A DNA stretch of 64,000 nt from Schmidtea polychroa. Taxonomy: Eukaryota. A program made the translations under genes and the position numbers. The DNA lies in assembly GCA_044892525.1 (NCBI GenBank), contig CM097885.1, positions 41,294,001 to 41,358,000 on the forward strand, written 5' to 3'. The notes under the pieces were generated by a model. It had not been told where the DNA came from. It ran no database searches and saw nothing but the letters and a program-made list of their open reading frames with translations. Shown here piece by piece: positions 15,264 to 29,939 of the stretch (the stretch's first letter is position 1; each line of letters starts with the position of its first letter).

Positions 15264-18200
15264 AATTATTTATTCAATTTTTTTTTTAATTTTTTGAAAA
15301 TAAAAATTATTTATTTGTCTTTTGATTTTTCTGAAAAATCGATTTTTTTATTTTTCAAAAATAAAAATTATTAATAAAAATTAATAAATAAAAAATTATT
15401 AATAAAAAGAAATGAAAATCTTTTGATTTTTTTGGAAAATCGATTTTTTTTTATTTTTAGAGAAAAATTATTTGATTTTGATTTCTTTTAAAAAATCGAT
15501 TTCTTTATTTTTCGAAAATAAAAATTATTTATTTGTCTCAGTTTTATTTTGTAAAATAAACTTTTTTATTGGAGAAAAATTATTTGCTTTTGATTTTTTT
15601 TTGGAAAATTGATTTTTAGGAATTCCCAGTTGGTTTTAAGATTAAATGAATGAAATTTTTAAAAATTCTTAAATTAAATTTCAAAGTTTTATCAAATTTA
15701 AATAAATTATTAGGATTGCGCTATTTAATTAAAGTTCGGGCGTAGAAATCAATATTATTTATATATAAGTTGAAATATCTGACAATTGAAAGATAAATAA
15801 TTTTTAATTGATTTTTTATTTAAATAAAAAATTGTTTATTTCATCAATCATTGTGAATTAGAATGGATTTTGTTGTTGATTTCATTTATAATTTTTAATT
15901 TTGTTTTCATTTTAATTAAAAAATTTTTTTCTAAATGATGGCGTTGTATTGACAGAGTTGAATTGTGCAAAGAGATTATTTATAGAAATCGAAAGTTGTT
16001 GATTATTGGCTCGAAAATTGCAAGTAAGGAATAAGTTCACTTTTGATTGTTGGAATAAAAGTCGCAAAATAAGAAAGATGATGTGCTAAATAGTTTTCTT
16101 GCTAAAAGATTTTTGAGAAATTAATTTTCTTCATCACTGCTGGCCAAAAACTGACAACTAAAGACATTGACATAAAACTGATAAAAAAATACTTGAAGCA
16201 CTCTGAGTACATTTCTTTATAATTTAAGCATATTCATACTTCCATGCGTGTTACATGTGTTTTTTTTCAATTTTGAATTTTTTTTCTGCTTTGTATCTGA
16301 TTGTATCGGAATAATAGATTTCTAAATTGCTTTTGTGTTTTATAGATATAGACAAATGGCACATGCTATGAAAATTGTGAATGATTTATTAATGCAATCG
16401 ATCCACAAATTTTCCGTTTATCTATAACTTCCGAACTTGCCTATAATACTTAACAGATAACGCCCAGTTTACCAAATATTAATTTTACTCTATATTAACT
16501 TCGCCGATGTTTATATGTGCCACACAGATTTTGTGAGGCCAAATTAACTTACTTTCCGTGATCAGATTGAGCTGAAATTTGACAAGAAGATTCGTTGTCT
16601 AGAACACTGCATGCTATCAAAATTTAGATCGATCCGTTTACGGAAAGTGGGTTAATTTAAAAAATATTGATGTCAAATCTAGTGTTATTTCCTTATTTCA
16701 ATATAAATTTTTATCTATTTATTAATTTCGGATTAAACAGATAACGTAATTATCTAAAATATGTTATGTAAGTTTAAACCTTATGTCCATATGGGTATTT
16801 AAATTGCGAAATAGTATGAACAATTTTCTTAAGAAAATTTCGAGTCGACATTTTTCAATATATTATATGAAATATATTGTTTTTGTGTTATAAAAATAAA
16901 ATTTATGTTCTGTGTTTAAAAATTGGAAAGTAAAAATTATTCTTCGATTGGCTATCAAATTAAAAATTTTTTAAGATGAACCGGACTTTTAGTTATTTGC
17001 GGGTAAAAGATAAATCCCACTCAAGATTTGACATTTGAGAACGCATACTGAAAGTTTAGTTTTTAATGAAATTAAGAGAGAGAAATATAACAAGTTTCAA
17101 AAACCATGTTTTTTATGATTGATTTTTTTATTTTTAGATGTGGTTATCTTACATATTTCAAATTATCAGGAACCTTTACCCTTATTTGATTATCCTAATA
17201 ATTTTGGGTAAGATGATTTTTTTTCTAATTAAGGTCCATGTCATCAATTTTAAGCAAACTTTTCTCAAAAAGTAACAATCCCAAAGATTTATGAAAGAAA
17301 AAAGAAACTATATCAAATCCTAACTTCGTTAATAATTTGTGGGTTTAAAGATAGCGATATCAGAAGATATAATATCTTCATACAAGGCCTGATAATACAG
17401 AATGAAAATCTCATTATTTATGCTGTAAAGGACCTGTAAGATTTCATGGTTAAATACTAGCTAAAACATCAAAAAAGGAGCCCCAAATTTCAACTCTAAC
17501 ATATACTCTGGTAATTAAATTTAAAACCAGAGAATAATTTTGATAGATGAATGAAGTTATGACTAAAGCTTTTTATATTCAAATCTATGATGAACTTACC
17601 ACAAAACTGAGAAAATTTGAAAAAAGAACTTCACTAATATATTAGTGGAATCCATAGAAATACCAGCTTATCAAGATAAGAGTAACATAGATCAAATAAA
17701 AGGATATGTCTAAATTACTGCAATGAAAGAAGCAAAAATTATTTTCAGGTAAAAATCGCAATCATAACCATTTAATGTTCGATGAAATGTATAAAGAATC
17801 ATAACCTTGTCAGTGTCAGCCAAAAGGCAATTGGAGTACTAAATGGATGCGATGAGTACAAGATTGCTTGTGAAACTGTAAATATCAGGCTGGAAGTGCG
17901 AATTAAAATTAAGTAAGTATTGCCATTTTTTATATAGCATTTTATAGAACAATTATGAAGTGCCAAACTAAGGCTTTGATAAATGAATTCATAAAAAATA
18001 AACTAATAATAAAAGACAGAAATGTTTGTATTTAAAAGACAAAAAATAAATATAGTCCATTTTATATACCTTTGTAACCTTTCATCTTTTTTCTTGAAGA
18101 TCTTTTTATCATAAATTACCATTAGACCTAGGGTCAAACATGGCTCTCAATTTTACTAATTAGAATTTAGACTTGTTGATTCAACCATTCTTTATCTTTT

Positions 18201-18296
18201 GTCCCTAAGAAACAATGCTGCTATAATTCTCGTAATCACCTTTATCATTTTTTAATCTTATCATATGCATCAATTGTTTGGTCAGAAATGCCATTT

Positions 18297-18297
<1 letters not shown>

Positions 18298-18353
<56 letters not shown>

Positions 18354-18369
18354 TTAATAATTTTTATAA

Positions 18370-18446
<77 letters not shown>
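18298..18446. repeat. (AAT)n followed by (ATT)n, an inverted microsatellite pair
   Basis: Seen directly. Confidence 0.9.
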
Positions 18447-18447
<1 letters not shown>

Positions 18448-19138
18448 GAATGTTACAGATCACAATAACCACATGGCAAGAATGACTTGAAAATAAAGCA
18501 TTTTCTCAGAAAGTTGTCAATGAAAATTATCCTTTGCGGACTTAACAAAATTTTATTTCAGATATTTAAATTTTTGTAAAAATTTTAAAATGGAGGTTGA
18601 AAATTAGATTTTTTTGCCTTATTGTCCTAAATGCAGTCCGTTTGTAATTTTTCTTTACAAAGTCTAATGCCAGAGAGAGCGCCCGAAACCTGATAGCTCC
18701 CGAATGCCGCCCAACGATCTCTATGTTATTATTGTAACAAATGTGCCATTCACTTGGAAATTGATATCTTTAATACACATTTGTTGACAATAGGCCCCAT
18801 AATTTCACGAAAAATTATTAAATAAACATTTTAATACAATAATATTGAAAAATTAATGAAGAACAATTTGAAAATCTTTTCAACAATACATTTATTAATA
18901 ATAGAAACATCGAGACAAATAATTTCATTTTTATAGGAAATAGTATTAATTATTTGAAAATGGACATGAAAAAAAAATCTAACATATTTTCTTTCTAGAT
19001 TTCAATATGTGAATTAAAAATTTATAAATTTATAGACATAATGCGCAGTTTGTTTTTGGAAAAAATAAACATCAATAATTTAATTGATCTATCCAATCGA
19101 TTCTCAGAAAAGAATTGCAGAAAATTTCACAGATAAAA

Positions 19139-19746
19139 TCAATGCTTCATAGACTGCATTTCCAATAATGAAAAATCCTTCAGTAATTGATCAATAATTA
19201 TGCTAAAGATTTGATCTGAAATAAAAAGAAATATTTTTCCATTGATATTAATACAGTACAAAAAACGACAATAAGAAAATATTTTTTTATAATTCTTGAT
19301 TGATGAATTCTAAAATGAAAAATAAAATTGAATATATTTTCATTGATAATAAAGAAAAAAATTACCGTCGATTGTTCTTTGTCGGAATCTCTTTTCGGGA
19401 TTCTTTCGTAAAATGGGATTTAATTGAATTTTCTTCGGTACAATGCCACAGTTATTTTTCAAACTTCGAACGCAAGGAAATTCTATGGAAATCAAGATTA
19501 TATCCATTGAAAGAAAGAAATCTTGGTTTCCTTACCTATTTTAGTCTGTGAACTGGTTTTTACAGATTGTTTCAATCTATTGTCGGCGAGATTTAGTTTA
19601 GGATTGGTCAACATTTTAATGGTTTCCATTAACATGTAATGACTTGACAAAACTTGAGCTTGAGCGATAATTTCTTCGAGGCTGTTGACGATTTCGTGAG
19701 ATTTGATTTGACCAACTGAAAATATGTCTCTGGAAGGAAATTCCAT
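19139..19746 (-). CDS. Small 3-exon gene of unknown function (~135 aa); exons 19746-19536, 19482-19366, 19215-19139
   Basis: Phase-consistent GTAAG/GTAAT donors and AG acceptors join MEFPSRD...QTKI / EFPCVRS...RTID / DQIFSII...SMKH*. No family recognised; an upstream exon is possible. Confidence 0.65.
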
Positions 19747-20604
19747 TGATGAAAGAAAATATCTAAGAATTTTCTATTATAAAAACATTGTTATGTAAAT
19801 TTATATTATTTATTTTTCTATTGCTCCAATGAATATTTTTATGTTTGTTAAATTTATTTATTTTTTTTAATTCTCAAATCTGATTGGTTGAAATTGTTGA
19901 TGATTAATAATTCCAATAAACAATTTCTGAACAATCATGTGACAGTGCAATCGACGCAATCAGTTCATTATATGTAATAATGTAGTGGTGTTTTCAAAAA
20001 TGTCTGCTAGTACAAAGATTGTGTGTCGTGTTGGTGTGTTTGGATTTTTATGCCTGTGTGTATGCGGGATTAGTAATGAAAGAATTGAATGTATAACGAA
20101 CAAGTTTCAGGATATCACGAGGACAAACTGAAAAATGGGGTTTCCTTATACAATAGACAGATTTATCCCATATTTCGACCGAGCGAATTTATTTACTCGA
20201 ATAATATCAATTATGTTTATCTTGTATCAAATATCGTATCGGCTAGTATTCATTACGAATATCAACGAAAGTTATTATTGGCTATTTGCTGGCGGATAAT
20301 CGTAATAATAAACAATTGGACATCTTTTCTTTATCACTTCTTCTTTATCCCCCTGATCCAGCATCAAATGATAGTTTTGCATATTAATATGAATTGTTTT
20401 AATTGTCAGAAAGTTAAATTACGGATTTTTCTTTTCCGAATTGTCGCTTGACAAAAAGAATGATTTTCTTAGTAAACGCCTTACTATAAAACCTTTATCC
20501 AATTTATCGTCTTTAAAAAAATTATTAAGTTTTTGTTTAATTGGGATATTTTTAAAAGGAAAAAATGATCACTTTCAAAAGTAAATCTTTTAAAATCTCT
20601 TCCC

Positions 20605-20623
20605 TAATAATAATAATAATAAT

Positions 20624-20688
<65 letters not shown>

Positions 20689-20843
20689 TATTAATAATGA
20701 TATTAATATTATAAGAACTTTGTTTTCTAATTTCACCACTGATATTTTTCCCAATTTTTTTATTAAAAAGAGCTTGAAGATTATAAATCAGCAATATATC
20801 TATGTTTATGATATATCACTGATTCTTCAAGCTCTTTTTAATA

Positions 20844-20918
<75 letters not shown>

Positions 20919-20962
20919 TATAATAATAAAAATAATAATAAAAATAATAAAAATAATAATAA
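20605..20962. repeat. Two (AAT)n microsatellite tracts
   Basis: Seen directly. Confidence 0.9.
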
Positions 20963-23408
20963 TTTTAGACATTTTATACGAAACCATATTATTTAATATA
21001 TAAATATTGCACTAAATCCATCGTTTCAAACTTTTAATTGGATTTAAATTCTGTTTTTAAATAATAGTTAAATGCTTCATGATTTTCATGTTTTCGAAAA
21101 GCGACATTTTCTAAAGATTTTTCAATTTCTTTACGTTATGTTTGAGGGAGTGGGAGGGGCATATCATTCTGTTACGATTTGTAACAATATGGGAGCCCGA
21201 GTGTGTTTAACAGTTAAAATAGAATGTGAAAAATATTATTTTCATTTTTTTTATTATTATTATTATCTTTAAAATAATTTTTAAAAAGTTATTTTTACTA
21301 ATGTGAAACAATATACGAAATTGAGAAGTTGCCTCTTTTTCAATTTAGCATCAAGTCAGACTCTTCGATCAGCCAAGATCTGTAAATTGATACTCTAATT
21401 TGATGGGATCATGTTTTATGTCATAATTATATGTTTCTATTTAATTTAGATCCATTATTTTGTAATGATAAATTATGTTGATGTTAAAGTACGCTATTAA
21501 ATTAATTCATAATTATTAATTAATTAATTTTAAAATTCATAGATAATTTATAATTAATCATCTAGTTTCTGTTTGTAGATTATGTAATAATATTGCATTA
21601 GTTATTTTTGCTTGAATTTAGTGATTTTGTCAATTTTATTATATATTTTATTTTGAGTTGATCTTGTTTGTTTTAATTAGCCCTACATTCCTATAGAAAT
21701 TAAAACTCATTCTTCTCTTGATCCTTCAGTAAATTCTGTAACTTATGTATGATTTATGGCATTTGGGTGCATAGAAAGTGTTAAACATTAATAAACCCCG
21801 CTGATCAAGATAAAATACTTTTCTGAAAAATTATAATATTTATAAAATTTTTAAATGAGCTGTCTATAGGTAATTATTTCGACATAATTATTAGAATATA
21901 ACTTGTTGATATTGCTTTCATTTAGCACACACTCATAAAATCCCTTTGCCTCAGACTCATGTTTTTGTTTCTAAATACAAAAGATTTTTAACATGGCATT
22001 TTAGAGCATATTTTAGAGCCTCCTGTAAAATTTTCACTCAAACTTTACTCCAGTTTCAATTAATTTCGTATAAGAATTAACTAAATTATGTCAAGGGAGT
22101 TTAGAATTCAATATGAATTATTTTATTTGTTTAGAATTATTTTGATTTTCATTTCATAATTATGAAAGAAAATATTTTAGCTCGTCGTGTGACTGGTAAG
22201 GTGCTTACAGAATTTGGTGGTGTCAGTCATATATACAATTGATTTATGTGCTTATGTAATCCAGAACAAAAATTGGAATCAGGCGGGACTCCACTCAAAA
22301 AGTGTCAAAAAACAGTAAAAATTGGCTCTACTTTTACAAATAAGAAATATCTTGTATTTCGATTGAGATTGCCATCAAGTAAATAGCATTAACGTTGCAT
22401 TATGAAAAAGATATGAAAAATATATTTCTCACATTCAAAAGATCTTTATTGCAACTTCACTGGTAATTTCCAATATCTACTGGAACCATCCAAATGTTTG
22501 TTATTTTTCAAATTTCATTTTCAAGCATTGTTCGATGGAAATAATTTACCTTGAATAAGTAAAATATGATACCAAAGTGAAATTAAAGTAAAAACAACAA
22601 TGATTTCCAATTTCTCAAATCGTCAATGGAACTCCAGGCGAAAAAAAACCGAATTACTAATCGAATATTCACAATTTCACCACTTGTCGAATCTCATTGT
22701 TTATTTTACGATAGAAAAAGTAGCACAAAAAATTTATAATTGACCGGTGCAAATCAGTCTAACGGACAAAGTAATGAATTAGTCATTTGCACTATTTACT
22801 CTGTCATTGTCTCAACCCAGCACAACAATATTCATTCTCTACACTTTTGCGCTTTTTTTCCACAGAAAATCGATATATTTCTCTATTTTTCAAAAAAAAT
22901 TATTTACTTTCGTGATTTTTTGTCTAAAGATTTTTTATTGACATAATTGAAATTTATTAACAAAATTTTTTGAACTAATTTAATTTTATATATTTCAAAA
23001 ATTATATGTTCGCAAAATTTCAATCATTCTAATCAATTAATTTAATGTGGAAATTTTCCCGCGATTTCATTGGTTAAAATACGAATCAATAAATTTTTCT
23101 AATCATTTTCGATTATTGAAATTTTGAGTCAGATTAGATTAATAAATTACTTCAATGAATCCGCCGATATCGATTATATCGATTGACTGCACACCTGTTC
23201 GATTCTCCGAGAGATTCCTGACTGCCAGGTTGCAGTTGTTATCGGTAAACATTTTTAATCGGTAAACATTTTCCAATTGCAATTGTTTATTGCTTTGACA
23301 GTAAATGTTGCATAATTATTTATGCTATTTTTAAAATGAACTTGACAAAAGCATGAAGTATTTTGCACAATCAATGATGATATTATGTAATTGTTTTTAT
23401 TCAATTTG

Positions 23409-23540
<132 letters not shown>

Positions 23541-26240
23541 TTTCAGTAATAATAATAACAATAAAATAATAATAATAATAATAATAATAAAATTATAATA
23601 ATTATTATTATAAGAAAAAAAACAGTAACAATAGTAATCTATAAAAGTTTAAAGTTAATCAGAAAAAAACCCTTTATAAAAAGTAGATGAAAAAGTTTAG
23701 AGAGTTTATTAGAAAAAATTGATATATTCCGAGAATATGTACGGAAAGCAAACATTGAGACGAACATGAACATAATAAAATCAAATCAATGAAGGTCCCC
23801 AGAAAAGATATTCAATAAACACAAATTAATTAAAAATAAATAAATAATTTAAAAACTATGTGGAAACCCCAAATCATGTAGAAAACGCGAACCATGTGGA
23901 AACCCCCAGTGATAAACAAGAGGATAATGAAAATATTCCTCCTTCCAAAATCAACAAAGATGATTAGTTTGAATTAACGAGGTCGCCTGCTTAATTATTT
24001 TATTTTCAATAAATTTTGGTCAAGGGCTAATTTAACTAATTGATTACGCAGAACGCCAATATAGAAAGAAATGACGCTGGTAGACAAACGCGAGTTGGTG
24101 GAAGGGAGGAATCAGCAATATCTTGAACAAAGAGTAAGGAAGCTGGACTTTGATAACTCAGAATTTGAAAAAACTGGAAATCATATTCAAATCTGATAAA
24201 AGGGTGATCTTCTTTAGGATTACTTGCATTACTGAATTTGTAGAAGAGTGCGAACGAAAAAGAGTGTAATTGGCAATTTTGTGTCGAAACTTATTGCGAT
24301 TTAATAAGGTATTCTGTATTAGGTCTTATTTTAATATTTGATGCAAAGACTAGAAGGAGTCAGAGGCAGTACCGATTTTAATTATAATAACCTAACAACA
24401 CATTAAATCGAAATAGACACAAGAAAAATGCATAATTAAAACAATGAATGGAGCATCACAGCCATGCTTCCAGTTTTATTAAAGGAGTTTGTTTGAAAGA
24501 ATAATGCACGTGAAAACATCTTGCAATATATAATTGGTTTATTAAGATTTGAATAATAGATAATATTTAATTGTTTTGTTTTTAATTTTTGATTGTCCTG
24601 GAATCTATTATATTTATTTACAATTAAAAATGCATAAGAACACATAAATAGATTCGGGCATATAATTGACATATTTAATCTGTGGGGCAAATAATACACA
24701 TGATCGGCTTTATGTATAAAACATATTTTTGGAACTTTATTATTTAATGTTAAAGATATCATTTAATTAAGCTCAGGCTCATGCAAAAATATTGTTCTCA
24801 TCCAAAAATACCGCTCGCCTTAATCCCCCCCCCCCCTACACATTTTGTAAAACTACTTATGATAAAGCATTTAAAACTTTGAAACACACTACATGCTTAG
24901 ATTTAATTTATTTTCCTTTACTGTTTATTACATTTATAATTATTAATATTGCATGTTTATTTAATAATTCTTTTAAGGAATTTTAAAGTATATATTTTAA
25001 TGAAATTAAATTTTGTTTTTTAAAAAAAATTATAATATAAATAAACCATTTTATATGCTTTTTAAGTACGAAGATTTATGAATTTTTATTAAGTTAATTA
25101 TTTATTATTAAATAGTAAAAAAATTATATATAAATTATTTATAAATAAAAATGTAATTTCCCGAACTCAATCTATCATAACTTTAAATTTATATATAAAA
25201 TAATTTAAATTTACGACATTTAATTTATTTCACAGCAGGCAACCGTACTGGGAGACAAAGACTCCGAAATATTTTCCAATTTCATAATTTAAATAAAATT
25301 TGGTCTAAAAATGGAATTTTTCAAAAATAGCTTCTTCCTTTAAAATTCCTTTAAAAGCTATCCAATGAAATTAGATATTCAACAGACAGGCAAATTTGCG
25401 TGTTACCTATATTATAACATTTATTGATTTTTTTAATTAAAAAAATGCTGTACAGTAGAACTTGGTAATAGTATTCATGAATATTATCAATGATTCTATA
25501 TAAATAAATAATATATAATTAACTATCTCTAACTTCACTGACTCCTACCAACTTCCATTACATTAGCATTTTGAGAAAAAATTACTAAAAATAAAACGGT
25601 AAAAGATCTAGGATTAATATTTCAAAATTGTTTTATTAAATTTTATCAACTAATGCTAATCAATTTATTTTATAATAGTATCTTCAAGAAATATAGCCTT
25701 TTTCTCTATATATTATTCCATTTCGTCTTCCATCTTACTTTCATTTGTTCCACAATTACATTGTTAAATATAAATTTAGTAAAATGTTTTATCGTCTTCA
25801 CTAATGTTATTTTGATTTCTTTTTTTTTGATTTTGTTTTAATTTATCGATAAATATAAAACAAAATATTGGTTGATAGTCTAAAAAGAAATGAAAATAAA
25901 ATACATTAAAATTTAAAAATATTGAATGAATTTATAATTGAATATATTTTGATAAGAATAAAATTTTAATCTTTTTTTATTGATGCTTTTTCAAATATCA
26001 AAATCCAACACTAAATTCTGATTACTATAATTATATAATAATTACATATATCTCAATCAATAAAAAACAGAATTCCAACAAATAAATTTTTCGAATGGGC
26101 AAATGGGCGAATGGCCAAACATCTTTTTACCAGTAGCAAGTGGGTAACTCCATGACAAATCACCCCTTGTTAAAGACGCATATTAATATAATGGAACTTT
26201 TTTACTAAGGTTTCACATTATATTATTTATTTAACTATAA

Positions 26241-26639
26241 TATTTTCATACATGTTGCATATTCCTCCAATGTGTTTTGATTAATAATAATGGCGAATTC
26301 AAAACTATATAAACATTTTATGATCAGTACCGTTACAATCTAGTTTTCACCTTACTAATTACAACCACACAGGATGAATAAATTATTATTAAGTGCTTAA
26401 CGCTTAACTATTTTAGGAATATCATGTCTTCAAAAAAAACTTAGAATTCATGATCACCTAACAACTGGTTCTAATTTTAACATCTCATTACAATTAATCT
26501 AACTGTTTTCTTTACCTTGATTTTAAATGGCATGTATTTAATGTTGCACTATAAAATGATCACAAGTTGCACTATTATTAAAAGCAAACTTCACTATATT
26601 ATTTCAAAAATTACTTTATTATTTAATGAACACTATATT
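26241..26639 (+). repeat. ~400-bp dispersed repeat, copy 1 (near-identical to 36131-36531)
   Basis: Both copies begin TATTTTCATACATGTTGCATATTCCTCC and end ATTTAATGAACACTATAT with few differences. Confidence 0.9.
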
Positions 26640-26705
26640 CATCTAAAAATTAAAAAATCTCCTACTAGTCGAGGTTCTACACCATAACTAGTTTTTAATA
26701 AATTA

Positions 26706-26822
26706 CCCTAAAATCGCGCAGATAAGCCGCGGTTTATCTGAAAAAAAGTCAATTTTTTCAGAAAAAATGTCAAGTGATTTTTAAAAAATATATAAATCCG
26801 GCTTATCTGCGCGATTTTAGGG
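26706..26822. mobile_element. Tiny TA-flanked MITE (Tc1/mariner/pogo-type)
   Basis: Perfect TIR CCCTAAAATCGCGCAGATAAGCCG with TA on both sides. Confidence 0.75.
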
Positions 26823-27324
26823 TAAGTATTATTTATAAAATATGGCTACACCACTGCTTTTTAAAATAATATGCTTGGTAGCTGTTTCGGTGAAATTTTG
26901 AAATGCACATTTCTGGAGTATTTGTATTTCTTTTAGTATTTTTGTTGAGTTATTTTATATGATTCGGTAAGGTATTGGAGAATTTAATTCCATGTTGCTC
27001 TTGGTCATTGGAATGACTCAACACAAGTAACTTTTATTAATATTACACTTTAAAATATTTTGAATCTTGTCAATACAATTTCAATGAATTTGCATGATTT
27101 AGGGACAGTTAATTCTACGGGAGACCGTAAGTTAACCAACAAAACCCATAAATAAAATATGACATCTTACACTAGTTGAAACGACGTTGCTACAATGCAA
27201 GCACCTAGGAGCTCTACAAATGTATGAGGCGTGAAACTGTTTGCTCACCGGTTTCGTTTGATTGATAAAGGCCATGTAAATGTCTAGGGTGGTCAATGAT
27301 TTTTGAGCAAACGATTATTTAGTC

Positions 27325-27672
27325 CAGTGGTTCTCAATTAATATAAAAGCGCGGAATACCATTCACATGATTTTTTTTACGCGGAACACTGACAAAAAAA
27401 TACTTGCCCACAATGGGTGACCAATCACAAATTACTATAAATCTGTCGTAAACGTAAACAATGCCTTCTTATAAGCAAAGAAAATACCACGCGCAACAAT
27501 AACAAGCAATAAAAACACTTTTATATTTGTATGTTTATATATCTGTGTAACGGCTTTCTTATTGAATCATCTTATAAAAAAATTAATTGAGGTTTTTGAT
27601 GATATGTATCTTAAATGCAAATTTAAAGATAGAATGTCATTTTTTTCGCGGAACACGGGTTGAGAACCACTG
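27325..27672. mobile_element. hAT (Charlie-type) MITE
   Basis: TIR CAGTGGTTCTCAA / TTGAGAACCACTG; TSD only partly preserved (ATTTAgtc / ATTTAtat). Confidence 0.7.
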
Positions 27673-29939
27673 ATTTATATTAACTGATTTATTTTAACCA
27701 CTGATAGATAACAAAATAATTACAGAATATATTTAGAATCACAAAAGGAAATTATCTAGTCATAAGTATCGTTTACTAATTTCAATATTAATTTCGTTAT
27801 TTCATCCTCCTTATGCGGTGAAAAATGAAAATAATGAAATAAATAAATGAAAATAATTCATTTTACAAGAAATTTTCAACCAAAAAAATATTATCAACAT
27901 TCATGTAAATTCGGTTGATCTTGATCATGTGGTTATTATGTGGTCATTATTATGTTTATTTATTCTTTCTATCTTTTGCATGGTTCTAATTTATAATTCT
28001 TTCCACAAATCTGCCTCCTGAATTCATCAGTGTCGATAAATCTTTCACCTGCGTTTGAGTCTCAAAAATGTTCTCCTGGATCTCAAATTATTCGGAAATT
28101 GTACAGCCATTTCTACAGGAACTTTTCCACTGGAATTATAGTTTTCAATAAAATTTCAAGGAACAACCTGATTTCTGTCGATTACCAAATAACAATGAAT
28201 TCTATAATCAAACCAACTGATCGAAATTTATGAATGAATGATCGGTGGATTCGATGTTAAAATGTAAGAATTTACAATTCGTCGTAGCGGCAGGTGATAG
28301 TTAATGTTCGAAGCATTTAAGCGATACTTCCACTTTATCGAGAAATTGATGACAATAATCTACATTTATCCACAAACATTGCAGACTCATGTTTACTAAG
28401 TCTTTCATCGACTTGTTGAAATGCAGATCCAAATTTGATATGTTCGTGACCCTATTTCTAGAGTTTATTTGTTGTTAAATCATTTATAAATAAGGTTGTT
28501 ACTAAGGACGATTTATTTTCACCCTAGGCCATTATTAGTAGGTGCAGAGGAGGGTGTATCGGCAGGGTATATATTTTAAATTATAATACAAATGAATACA
28601 TTTTGGAGCAGCCTTTTGTTTTCATTGTTGGATGAAATTAAATTTTATTCTTCCAACATTTATTTATTAAATACAGTTTTAAATCATCTCGTTTTATTTT
28701 TTAACAACTGAGGCGCGGTAATTATATATATTGATCAAAAATTAATTTTCTAAGCAGCACAAATTTTTGGCTGTCTTTATAACACTTGATAAAAAACTTC
28801 GTTCTGTTGGGGTTGTCGGCGAAATATAAAATTTAACAATTATTGATATGATTTCAAAACGTGCCTTAGTTGAAAACAATAACGAAATCCTAGAAATATA
28901 AAATTTTTTGATCAACAAAATTGTTTACTAATTTACAAAGTCACAAATAATTTAATATTAGAACAGTGACTAATGATTTTTCCCTCTTTATTTTCCCGCC
29001 TTATCAGGTGATCTCTTCATTATCTTTCACATGCTGTCGAGATATTACAATTTATTCTCACTTTTGTTTTGTTTTTTGGAATTTCATTTTTAAATTGTAT
29101 TTGTTAATTAAGAACAACCTTGCCGTATTTCGATGTTTAATTTTATTATTTTCGTTATTTTTTCTTATTTTAAATTGCTTTTTCTCACCTCTGTTTTTCA
29201 GAAATCTGGAACAACATACCATTTATTTTATACACCCTCTTTCATTTTATTTAATTTAATAATTATTTAACCTTATTATTTGAATATATCAAACAATTGA
29301 ATAGAAAATTAATTTTTTATCTTTTATTAGAATGAAAATAATTTAAATATCAAAGAGAAAAACAATGAAAAGTTCGTATTTTCAAAAAGTCAATAAAATA
29401 ACAATTTTCCAATAATTTATTTCAAAAACAACACTATTGTTGCCGATAATGGAAATTGAGCAAAATTGGACTACCTGCGAAGAATTGCACATAATCTGAT
29501 CTTAAATGTACAATCAGGGATGGATCTACATATGGGCTTATATACTTATATACTTATATACTATTTTTATATACTTTGATATACTTATATGGCTACTTTT
29601 AAAATTAAAAATGACTATATTATTATTTTAAGTTAAGTCAGGAATTTATTTTTACGTATCTTAAGTTTATTCAATTTTTAGAAATTTGAGATTTTTTATC
29701 GCTTAGCATGAATGGCTATTTACCACAAATCTTTCTTACTTATAGCCTATCTATTAAAGGTTTATATATTAAAAATATGGAGAGGCACCAATATAATTTT
29801 ATGACAACTTTAGATGTGATCACTGAACAAAGTTTAGAGCTCATTGATATGAACCATCAATTAATATTTATACCCGTCATTTACTTTCTCATTTCAAGTG
29901 ACTTTTATAGTCAATATTCAGTTTTCTTTTTGTAACCGA

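Noticed and set aside
17250..17920. Possible P-element-like transposase remnant (HLMFDEMY)
   Set aside because: One short motif among many stops; no termini found.
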